NCBI GenBank assembly: GCA_963796275.1
Contig: CAWCKY010000003.1
Coordinates: 832,001-896,000 of the forward strand
DNA from: an uncultured Acidobacteriota bacterium
Lineage (GTDB): Bacteria > Acidobacteriota > Blastocatellia > RBC074
Direction of reading: 5' to 3'
DNA: 64,000 bases
The position numbers and the translations under genes are program-made. Shown piece by piece: positions 50,566 to 58,985 of this stretch; position 1 is the first letter of the stretch; every line of letters begins with the position of its first letter. The notes under the pieces are model-generated. The model was not told the DNA's origin. It searched no databases and saw only the letters and a list, made by a program, of their open reading frames with translations.

Positions 50566-50996
50566 TTGTAAATGTCTCTCCTTTTTGGTTGAGGATGGGA
50601 AGATATAGGTTCAACGAGACGGTTAAGCCGGAAATCGCGTGAAACTTCCGCCAACTCGCCGAAATGGCAAGCGAGCGGATTGCGCCCGGAGAACAGAATT
50701 TGTGTAATAGAAAAAGAGCCTGCCTGAACTTCAGGCGACTACGATGCTTACTTAAACTGCATAGCTGATGAAGATAGTGAGCTGCTGAGCAATCTATCCG
50801 GAAGTTTTTACCGATAAAATTGTTGGCAAATTGCCGCGGCTTATCGAGAAATTTACTGCGAGCGCAATCTAAAGGTAGCCATTATGACTTGTCAATGGCG
50901 TAATTCGAAAGAATTGGATTATTTTTCACAACTGTATATCGATTGAATCCTGTATGGTGCTGCAAATAAGGTAAACAATTTTTGGGAGACATCGCC

Positions 50997-51012
50997 AGGC
51001 ATATTCATTGCA
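50997..51012 (+). promoter_or_regulatory. sigma54 -24/-12 promoter
   Basis: AGGCATATTCATTGCA (GG-N10-GC) directly ahead of the kinase operon. Confidence 0.55.
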
Positions 51013-51024
51013 TGATGAGTTTGC

Positions 51025-52701
51025 ATGGGACAAGACATGGATCCCAGATACGATGAAGGAAATCGGACAGAAGCCGATATTGACTCAGATGACATTGACC
51101 GTCGGACAGAGATGCAATCCTGGCTCAATATGGTTGAACGCCTTTCGCATGCGCCCGAATGGTCGCCGGACGAATCGCCGATTGAGATGGTTCAGACTCA
51201 CATCTCTGTCGTGCTGCTTGGGCGGAAACACGTTCTTAAATTAAAAAAGCCGGTCGATTTCGGATTCCTCGATTACACGACGCTGGAGAAACGCCGGCTT
51301 GCGTGCGAGGCCGAGGTCAGATTGAATCGCCGGCTCTGCCCGGACATCTATCTTGGCATTCAGCCGGTGACAGAGGTCGACGGAGAAGCATCCATATCGT
51401 CGGAAGGGCAGATTATCGATTATGGCGTGTGGATGAAGCGGCTTCCTTCCGATCGCATGCTCGACCGAATGGTAGCGGATGGAGCGGCGAATGAAGATGT
51501 GATTAACCGCGTGGCAGGCAGACTCACCCGTTTCCATCGGATGGCGCGCCGGGGCCCTTCGGTAAATGCCAATGGGCGGCCGGTAGCGATCCAGCGCAAC
51601 TGGGAGGAGAATTTCCTTCAGACTGCAAAATATGGGGGGCGGACGATCGCCACGCAAGCCTATGACGAGATTCGCGCCTGGGTATCTCGCTGGATGGTAA
51701 AGTCCGACGAATTGTTGCGCCGCCGTGTACGCGATGGACGCATTTGCGATGGGCATGGCGATTTACGATGCGAGAGCGTCTGCGTTACTGATCGGATTTG
51801 TATTTTCGACTGCATTGAATTCAACGATCGCTTCCGCTGTGGCGATGTCGCCAGCGAAGTCGCGTTTCTGGAGATGGACCTGTATCAACGGGGCCGCCCA
51901 GATCTCGCGTACTATTTCAGCGATTGTTACCAGCTGCATACGGATGACAGCGAACTCTTTTCCCTCTTGCCGTTCTATCGTTGTTATCGCGCTTACGTTC
52001 GCGGAAAGGTGCTCAGCTTTCGGCTGGATGAGCCCGAGTTCAGTGAAGAGCAACGGATATCCGCCGCGACACGGGCTACTGACTATTTCAAACTAGCCCG
52101 CCGCTTTGCCGCTCCGCTGGAACGGCCCACGATGATCGCTGTGGTGGGGCTATCCGGAACCGGCAAGACTTCGGTGGCTCGCTCTATCGCGGTAGAACTC
52201 GGTTTGCGGGTGATCTCTTCCGACACCGTACGCAAGGAACTCTTCAACAATGCGGCTCATCCGCATGGCTATGGAGTGGGCATTTACAGTCCGGATGCCA
52301 ATCGGCTTACCTATCAGAATCTACTGGATAGGGGGCGCAATATGTTCGAGGAAGACAGGGGTGTCGTCCTCGATGCGACTTTCCAGCGTGCTGAAGACCG
52401 GAGACGAGCGCGAGAGCTGGCTTCCATGCTCGGCGCTGAGTGGCGGCTGATCGAGTGCCAGTTAATGCCTGATCTGGTGAAACCGCGTCTTGCGCGCCGG
52501 AGTGACGGTGGAAATGGTCTTTCCGACGCAACTTGGGAGACCTACTTGCGACAACGCGAAGAGTTCGACCCGATCGCTGAAGCTGCCGGCGCCACATATT
52601 TACTCCTCGACAACAGCGGCGGTCTGCCGTCTGTCGGTCAGGCGGCTACCGATTGGCTGCGGGCTAATCAAGGCGTCACCAACAATGCGTATCGCGTTTG
52701 A
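51025..52701 (+). CDS. bifunctional aminoglycoside-phosphotransferase-like / AAA_33 kinase protein
   Basis: QTHISVVLL, KKPVDFGFLDY, DGHGDL, FDCIEFN, P-loop GLSGTGKT, VLDATF; start may be further downstream. Confidence 0.92.
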   Translation: MGQDMDPRYDEGNRTEADIDSDDIDRRTEMQSWLNMVERLSHAPEWSPDESPIEMVQTHISVVLLGRKHVLKLKKPVDFGFLDYTTLEKRRLACEAEVRLNRRLCPDIYLGIQPVTEVDGEASISSEGQIIDYGVWMKRLPSDRMLDRMVADGAANEDVINRVAGRLTRFHRMARRGPSVNANGRPVAIQRNWEENFLQTAKYGGRTIATQAYDEIRAWVSRWMVKSDELLRRRVRDGRICDGHGDLRCESVCVTDRICIFDCIEFNDRFRCGDVASEVAFLEMDLYQRGRPDLAYYFSDCYQLHTDDSELFSLLPFYRCYRAYVRGKVLSFRLDEPEFSEEQRISAATRATDYFKLARRFAAPLERPTMIAVVGLSGTGKTSVARSIAVELGLRVISSDTVRKELFNNAAHPHGYGVGIYSPDANRLTYQNLLDRGRNMFEEDRGVVLDATFQRAEDRRRARELASMLGAEWRLIECQLMPDLVKPRLARRSDGGNGLSDATWETYLRQREEFDPIAEAAGATYLLLDNSGGLPSVGQAATDWLRANQGVTNNAYRV

Positions 52702-52717
52702 GCATAGGAGAGCAGCT

Positions 52718-52870
52718 ATGATCAGAAAACTGAAATCGGGCAAGTACCGGCTCTACTCGCGCAAGAAAGACCCAAAAAGCGGTAAACGCCGCAATCTGGG
52801 CACGTTCGACACGCGGGAGGAGGCAGAGAAGCATGAACGTGCGGTACAGTATTTCAAGCGGAAAGGTTGA
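52718..52870 (+). CDS. 50-aa basic microprotein
   Basis: AGGAG RBS; MIRKLKSGKYRLYSRKKDPKSGKRRNLGTFDTREEAEKHERAVQYFKRKG. Confidence 0.8.
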   Translation: MIRKLKSGKYRLYSRKKDPKSGKRRNLGTFDTREEAEKHERAVQYFKRKG

Positions 52871-52936
52871 ACGTCGGACATAGTGCTTATGATCGAGGCG
52901 GTCGAGAGTTAGGGATTCATTTTTAGTTTCAGGCTT

Positions 52937-53701
52937 ATGGAAAAGAGTAGCAAAATCCATATCGGCTGCTCAGGATGGAACTACAACCACTGGCGAGGGC
53001 GCTTCTATCCCAAAGGACAACCGCAGAACAGATGGTTCGATTTCTACGCCGGCGTGTTCGATACGGTCGAGATCAATAATACCTTTTATCGATTGCCCGA
53101 AGCGCGAACCTTCAAGGCCTGGTGCAAACAGGCGCCTGCCGGATTCCTCTATGCGGTCAAGGCAAACCGCTATTTAACTCACCAGAAAAAATTAAAAGAT
53201 GCGAGAGCGCCGCTCAAAAAATTTCTCAGTCGCGCGCAATATCTGGAAGAGCACCTGGGGCCGATCCTCTACCAACTGCCGGCGCGCTGGCACCTGAACC
53301 TAGAACGTCTCGAGTCATTTCTCGATCTCTTGCCGGAAGACTTGATCCACATCTTCGAATTTCGCGATCAAACCTGGATGGTTGAGGAGGTCTTCCGATG
53401 CCTGGAAGCGCGGGGCATCTCTTTCTGCGCGCACGATATGTCGGGTTTAAACGTGCCACGCCTCGCGATAGGTAAAGTTGCTTATGTTCGCCTTCATGGG
53501 ACAGGAGAGAAATATCAGGGTGGTTATAGCGAGCCGATTCTGCGGAGCTGGTGGAGTTGGATGAATAAGCAGACGCGGTCGGGAAAGGAGCTATACGTTT
53601 ATTTCAACAATGACGCCGAAGCCCTCGCTGTGCACGACGCTCAGCTGTTGAAGCGGAAGGCGGGAATAGTAAAAGCATCTAAAAAGCGGGGTCGGCCGTG
53701 A
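52937..53701 (+). CDS. DUF72-domain protein
   Basis: IGCSGWNY..W, VEINNTFY, LYQLP, FEFR, YVRLHG, YFNND. Confidence 0.95.
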   Translation: MEKSSKIHIGCSGWNYNHWRGRFYPKGQPQNRWFDFYAGVFDTVEINNTFYRLPEARTFKAWCKQAPAGFLYAVKANRYLTHQKKLKDARAPLKKFLSRAQYLEEHLGPILYQLPARWHLNLERLESFLDLLPEDLIHIFEFRDQTWMVEEVFRCLEARGISFCAHDMSGLNVPRLAIGKVAYVRLHGTGEKYQGGYSEPILRSWWSWMNKQTRSGKELYVYFNNDAEALAVHDAQLLKRKAGIVKASKKRGRP

Positions 53702-53972
53702 CCTATTGAAACAAGAATATTGCGCAGTACTGGAATGGAAGTGTAAGAGCGGCCGACCTGTTCATTCGGGAATGGACATTTCGGAGAAACTGGTATTTGC
53801 TGCACAGGACTCAATTACTCGATTATTGACATTCAGGTTCGACACTTGGCCAAAATTATTTTCACCGATCAGCTCGCGAAGCAGCGCCCATTCCGTGGGC
53901 TGATTTGGTTGTGAAAAGCTGATTATCTGAGGACTGCAAATTAAAGATGATTGTTATCAGTAGTTTCTGGTT

Positions 53973-54122
53973 GGCTCCGGAGGGGCCCGATGTTTATTGC
54001 TTAGATGATAATGTTCATCGCAAGGTCCGGAGGAGCGACATCTGAACGCCTATATGCCGCTCCTCCGGACCTTGGCAGGTTTGGATGATCGAGTGCTATA
54101 AATACTCCGCGCCGCTGGCGCT
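53973..54122. repeat. ~150-bp REPIN/MITE-like element, copy 2 (inverted relative to copy 1)
   Basis: GGTCCGGAGGAGCGACAT/ATGCCGCTCCTCCGGACC core, with GTTTATTG and CTATAAAT flanks. Confidence 0.7.
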
Positions 54123-54233
54123 TGGGACCGAAAAACATTGATTCCCAATGATCTTTATGCACAGGCCTCGATTATCTGAAGATCAATAAATCAATGCAGA
54201 CACATGCATTGTGTCAATGCAAAGCTTGTTACT

Positions 54234-54818
54234 TTATGGTTGTGGTACTTCGTCCTTGAAATATAACCGCCGCGTTTGGACGTTCGTATCGGGTTCGACT
54301 ACAAATAACAAGTCAGTCAGCTCATCCGCGTGTTCTTCTTCCTTTGCGAGAATCTCTTCTAGCATCACACGCGACGTGGTGTCCTTCTCCGCGAAGAAAT
54401 TGATGATTTCGCGGTAAGTCTCGATGGCGATGCGCTCGGCAATCAGATTCTCACGTATCATATCGGCGAGCGATGTACCTTCTTTGTATTCGCTGTGGCT
54501 ATTTTGCACGATGATTGCCGGATTCATCTCAGGTTTGCCGCCGAGCTGTTTGATGCGGCGGGCGATGCGATCGGCGTGCTCTTGTTCTTCATTCGCGTGT
54601 TCGAGGAACTCATCCGCCACGGCACTTGAGTGAATGCCTGTCGCCATGAAATAGTGAAATCGGTAACGCAGAGTGCAAACGATCTCAGTCGCCAGCACTT
54701 CGTTCAGGATATTCGTAGCATGATCGGGATCGAGCTGGTAATTTTCAGTAATTGCTCCCTGTTCGATCTTCTGTCGCGCCCGCGCGCGTATTTCTTCGAC
54801 ATTGCTGATAAAACTCAT
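54234..54818 (-). CDS. ferritin-like (bacterioferritin-type) di-iron protein
   Basis: LATE, EEQEHAD, LIAERIAIETY, EEEHAD. Confidence 0.88.
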   Translation of the reverse strand: MSFISNVEEIRARARQKIEQGAITENYQLDPDHATNILNEVLATEIVCTLRYRFHYFMATGIHSSAVADEFLEHANEEQEHADRIARRIKQLGGKPEMNPAIIVQNSHSEYKEGTSLADMIRENLIAERIAIETYREIINFFAEKDTTSRVMLEEILAKEEEHADELTDLLFVVEPDTNVQTRRLYFKDEVPQP

Positions 54819-54971
54819 TTCTCTCCTCCCAAGTACTTTTCACCTTTGTTTTATTGTTTCTTCGCCTATTGCAGTGCGGTCTGACTTTAAAATATCCCGT
54901 GAAATCTGTTTTTGAATTAAGACTCCCCGAAGACATCTGTTGCGCACCTGTCAACTCCCATTAACTAACTC

Positions 54972-54986
54972 GCAAACCTGATGCCA
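54972..54986 (-). promoter_or_regulatory. sigma54 -24/-12 promoter of the ferritin-like gene
   Basis: Minus strand TGGCATCAGGTTTGC. Confidence 0.7.
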
Positions 54987-54993
54987 CAGGCCT

Positions 54994-55009
54994 AGGTATA
55001 ACGATTGCA
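54994..55009 (+). promoter_or_regulatory. sigma54 -24/-12 promoter of the 55090 gene
   Basis: AGGTATAACGATTGCA (GG-N10-GC). Confidence 0.6.
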
Positions 55010-55089
55010 CATAAACAGTAGGGGACTGTAAGGGCAAATCAGTTCTGTGTACATCGCAAAGAACTGGAACAATATCTGCGGAGGGACAG

Positions 55090-55632
55090 ATGGACCAGAG
55101 CATAAAAGCTCAGTTGCCGAGTGATAAATCGCTTAGCGGAGTTTTCACTGACAGGAAATCCGGCGAACGTGCTTATGATTTATTGCAAGAAATGGGATAT
55201 TCGGATGATGTCAGCGTTTTATTGTCCGATGAAGCCCGCGTCATATACTTTCCAAGCCCAGGATTGAAGGGCGAGGTTCTGGGAGATGTAAAAGGCGGAT
55301 TGCCCGGATATGGGAGTTTAGCCGGTGCGGCCGCAGGCACGGTTCTTGGCGCGTTGCTGGGAGCCGCCGCCTCTCTCATGATACCGGGACCGGGAGTGGA
55401 GATTGTAGGCCCAATCACTGCTGTACTGATTGGTGCGATAATTGGTGGGTTGAGCGGTATCTTGCTGGGGTCTCTGTTGGGTATCGGATATCTGGATGAA
55501 AGGGCGAAAAAATTCGCGGAGGAGGCCACACAAGGTAATGTCATCCTTGCGATTAATCCTCGTTCGGAAGCAGATGCTGAGAAAATTTCTCGGGAATGGC
55601 GTGCCGCCGGCGGCGAAATAGTAATCCAATAG
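55090..55632 (+). CDS. general-stress-type membrane protein with a glycine zipper
   Basis: GVF.DR...ERAY..L...GY, GAAAGTVLGALLG, GPITAVLIGA..GG. Confidence 0.8.
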   Translation: MDQSIKAQLPSDKSLSGVFTDRKSGERAYDLLQEMGYSDDVSVLLSDEARVIYFPSPGLKGEVLGDVKGGLPGYGSLAGAAAGTVLGALLGAAASLMIPGPGVEIVGPITAVLIGAIIGGLSGILLGSLLGIGYLDERAKKFAEEATQGNVILAINPRSEADAEKISREWRAAGGEIVIQ

Positions 55633-55689
55633 ATTTAGCTTCTCGAGGGGAGGAATAAGAAACCCTCGAACCTGAATTTATGTGTTGTT

Positions 55690-55998
55690 TTAGCTTTTCG
55701 AAGCCTTACGCGCCCGCGTCCGGGCCGCTTTCTTTGCTGCGGCGGACCTGGCGGCGGAAGAGCGCGCTGCCGATGCCGCCCCGCCTATCCTACCACCCTT
55801 TTTGGCTGGGGCCTTATTTATCGCTTTTCCGCGGCCCGAACCGCTCTTCTTCCCACCTCCGGTCATCTCATTGACCGTCGCCCACGCGCGCCGTTCTGCT
55901 TCGTCTTGCGAGACGCCTCGCTTCTTATACCCTTCTTCAATATGCTCGGCTTGCCGCTTCTGTTTTTCCGAATATTTGGTTTTTTCGCCTCTCGGCAT
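55690..55998 (-). CDS. small basic stress-associated protein (often labelled plasmid stabilization / DNA-binding protein)
   Basis: MPRGEK.KY..KQKRQAEHIEEGY..RGVS..EAERRAWATVN, Ala/Lys/Arg-rich tail; GGAGG RBS. Confidence 0.85.
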   Translation of the reverse strand: MPRGEKTKYSEKQKRQAEHIEEGYKKRGVSQDEAERRAWATVNEMTGGGKKSGSGRGKAINKAPAKKGGRIGGAASAARSSAARSAAAKKAARTRARKASKS

Positions 55999-56064
55999 GA
56001 TTTATTGCCCTCCAATGTTTACAAATCAATCTACTAAAATATCTAATTACTAAAATATCTAATA

Positions 56065-56079
56065 GCAAGTGGCATGCCG
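56065..56079 (-). promoter_or_regulatory. sigma54 -24/-12 promoter of the 55998 gene
   Basis: Minus strand CGGCATGCCACTTGC. Confidence 0.65.
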
Positions 56080-56594
56080 CATCTCCCATCAGATTCTACT
56101 CGAATCCGCCGGGAGAATGTTCTTCCACAATGCACTCATGTAAATTTGGCGAACAGATATGGGGGATAGCCGATTTTATAAAGAAAAATAATCAAAGTAT
56201 AAGAAAATTTACTTGCAAAAGAAGCAAGTTATGCCGTATAAAATCCGCCACGTAATTTACCCAAAACGGTTTAAAATTTCCTGAGGCACGTACTGCTAAT
56301 GTTTGTCACACTATAGCGTTGCTTCCTAGGGTAAAAAGGTAAGACTTCCCCTGTACATTCAGATCATAGAGTTCATCAGAAAAAGGCTCAGTTTGTTCTA
56401 GTACTACGTTTAGAGAGGTGCGATTCTACCTATCTTATTCCGCACCCGAAGATCAGATAAACCCCCACGAACGTTAAAGCGCCTCAGGAATGCGAGGACC
56501 TGCTGATGCATCGTTATGCGACCAGATATCTTTGCTGGTTGTGACCGGTGCGCTTGAATCTGCACTTTCCCTCAATGAAAAAGGAGTTTTACCA

Positions 56595-57107
56595 ATGAAT
56601 TTCAAAGAGAGCGGAAAAATCTATGAAAGCGAGGTCTTGATGGCATGCTTCAATAGTTTAACGGAAGCGCATCGCGCTCAGCAGATTCTGATAGGTTATG
56701 GGTATCCTAGAGATGCTGTGACAGTGGTCGAGATGTCACACTTTGCACATAAACTGGCAGCCGCAAAAGACATACCTCATAAGACCATCAATAAGATTCT
56801 TATTTTCGTGGCGATTCTCATCAGTACTATGTTCATAACTCTCGCGTGTCTCTTTATGAAAAGCATTATCAGTCCGGCCGAAATGGGAGTGATGATACTT
56901 GTTTGGATAACCCTGACAGCGGGCGGGGTGGTGATATGTAGTTTTATCGGGGCAATAGTCTGGAAGATAATTCATTCGACGGTCGTTGACTGGGGGTTGG
57001 AAGCCGTTAAACGACAGAGAATTCTGATAGGCGTCAGATTGCAAACTCCGGATGATGCCGAACAGATTGAACGTGAATGGAAAGCAATTGGTTGTGAAAT
57101 GGTTTAG
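56595..57107 (+). CDS. two-TM membrane protein, divergent paralogue of 55090
   Basis: AAGGAG RBS; C-terminal AEQIEREWKAIGCEMV resembles AEKISREWRAAGGEIV of 55090. Confidence 0.7.
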   Translation: MNFKESGKIYESEVLMACFNSLTEAHRAQQILIGYGYPRDAVTVVEMSHFAHKLAAAKDIPHKTINKILIFVAILISTMFITLACLFMKSIISPAEMGVMILVWITLTAGGVVICSFIGAIVWKIIHSTVVDWGLEAVKRQRILIGVRLQTPDDAEQIEREWKAIGCEMV

Positions 57108-57257
57108 CGGATCGATAGAAAAAGGGTCGGGGCGGTTATACGACGAGAGCTGTGAGGAGACTCTTGATAATCTGTATCACTCCGATATTCCCGACACAAC
57201 AAGCTGGCGAAGCTGATGTGAGATCAGTATAGAATTGCGTCACGAGGAAATATAGTA

Positions 57258-58511
57258 ATGATTTCCGGCGACATCCCATTAGATGAGCTTGAGGAGCTAC
57301 TCAAGTCACAATCACTGAACATCAAGAAAGAAATATTCGAACCGAAGAGGGCCGATTTGGTACAGGCATTCCTTGCGTCCCTTGTACAGTCATCAAACGA
57401 TGCGATTATCGGTAAAACATCGGATGGCATCATCGTGAGCTGGAACGAGGGAGCCGAGATGCTCTTCGGCTATAGAGCAGAAGAGATCATAAGGAAGCCG
57501 ATCAGCACTCTGATTCCTCCCGACCGGCAACAGGAAGCTGTTGAGTTGCTCAATAGATTGGGGCGTGGCGAACGAATCGAGCATTTCGAGACGGTGCGCA
57601 TAAGGAAGGACGGAATACCCGTCGATGTATCCCTCTCCATCTCTCCGATAAAGGATGGTAGTGGGCGAATCATCGGATCATCCAAAGTCGCGCGCGATAT
57701 CAGGAAGCGGAAGCGGGCGGAAACGGAAAGAGAAGAGTTACTGATGGAGGAAAGAGCAGCTCGTGTCAATGCGCAAGCGGCCAATCGCACAAAGGACGAA
57801 TTAATCTCGCTCGTCTCGCATGAATTACGCTCGCCTCTTAACTCGATACTTATTTATTGCCAGATGCTTGATTCAAATCCGAATGATGCGGAGCATATCA
57901 GGCAGAGCTGCGAAATCATCGAACGCAATATACGGACACAATTACGACTTATCGAAGACCTGCTCGATACCTCTCACATCGTCCGCGGGAGGCTCCGGCT
58001 CGATAAGCATCCGACAGACATCGTGGTTGTGATCGCCGACGCGCTCGACGGTATGCGCCCGTTGGCTGAGGCAAAAGGGATCCGTCTACGGGCATATTAC
58101 GATCCGGAACCAAAAATGGTAATCGGTGACCCGGTCCGGCTGCTGCAGGTGATCGGGAATTTACTTTCGAACGCGATCAAGTTCACACCGGAAGGCGGGC
58201 GCGTCGAATTATGGTTGGAACGCAGCGGCGAAGACCTCTGCATCACCGTCAGCGATACGGGAGCAGGCATCGACAAGAATCTGCTGCCTTACATCCTCAA
58301 CCGTTTCTACCAGAACGATTGGTTGCACGCACACAAGGAGCGCGGTCTCGGGCTTGGCCTCACACTGGCGAAGCAGTTGGTTGAACTGCACGACGGGACG
58401 ATCGAGGTATCGAGTGATGGAAAAGGATATGGCTCGACCTTCACCGTCAAGCTTCCTCTGGCATGGCGGACCAGATTGTACGGTGCGGAACAGACCGCAT
58501 TAAATACTTAA
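57258..58511 (+). CDS. PAS sensor histidine kinase
   Basis: LVQSSNDAIIGK PAS, SHELRSPL, NLLSNAIKF, DTGAG, GLGLGL. Confidence 0.92.
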   Translation: MISGDIPLDELEELLKSQSLNIKKEIFEPKRADLVQAFLASLVQSSNDAIIGKTSDGIIVSWNEGAEMLFGYRAEEIIRKPISTLIPPDRQQEAVELLNRLGRGERIEHFETVRIRKDGIPVDVSLSISPIKDGSGRIIGSSKVARDIRKRKRAETEREELLMEERAARVNAQAANRTKDELISLVSHELRSPLNSILIYCQMLDSNPNDAEHIRQSCEIIERNIRTQLRLIEDLLDTSHIVRGRLRLDKHPTDIVVVIADALDGMRPLAEAKGIRLRAYYDPEPKMVIGDPVRLLQVIGNLLSNAIKFTPEGGRVELWLERSGEDLCITVSDTGAGIDKNLLPYILNRFYQNDWLHAHKERGLGLGLTLAKQLVELHDGTIEVSSDGKGYGSTFTVKLPLAWRTRLYGAEQTALNT

Positions 58512-58911
58512 GGCACGATCAATCTGCCTGTCACTACGGCGGGTGAATGAGTAAAGTGCGGGCGGCTGACGATCGGGCGGCTGACGATGAGGATGGCGCA
58601 GTGCCGGCCGATTCTGAAACGCGGCAAGCGTGACGGCGATCTCTTCCGCGGCGGGGCTTGGTCGATTTATCTGGCCAGCCGTGCGGGAGAAAATGGTTAC
58701 ACGGTGATGAGATATGTTAGGATGCGCTAGCCAGCGCGCGGAGTCACGATGTCGCGGCGAATTACGGCGAAAGCCCGCGGGAATTCGAGAAGAGAAGAAT
58801 GGGTGCGCGCCCTCAGAGCGGGGCACATAACATATCGACAAGCCAGTCGAACCTGCTGAACTGGCAACCGTAATTTTCAGCCTGTTAAGAGGCCGTAACA
58901 ATAAAAAATAA
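58512..58911 (+). pseudogene. decayed receiver (REC) domain formerly fused to the 57258 kinase
   Basis: Fragments ENGYTVMRYVR, EEWVRALRAG and DKPVEPAELATVIFSLL* among stops and indels. Confidence 0.6.
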
Positions 58912-58985
58912 CCGGTAACAAAAGACAACCGAAAATAAAATTTAAAGTGTGTCCTGTGTTGCCTCCTGTTGCCCTGTGTTTGCCC

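Noticed and set aside
55690-55998. Toxin-antitoxin or plasmid origin implied by the usual 'plasmid stabilization' label
   Set aside because: No ParE/RelE motifs, partner gene or plasmid functions; the context is stress genes.
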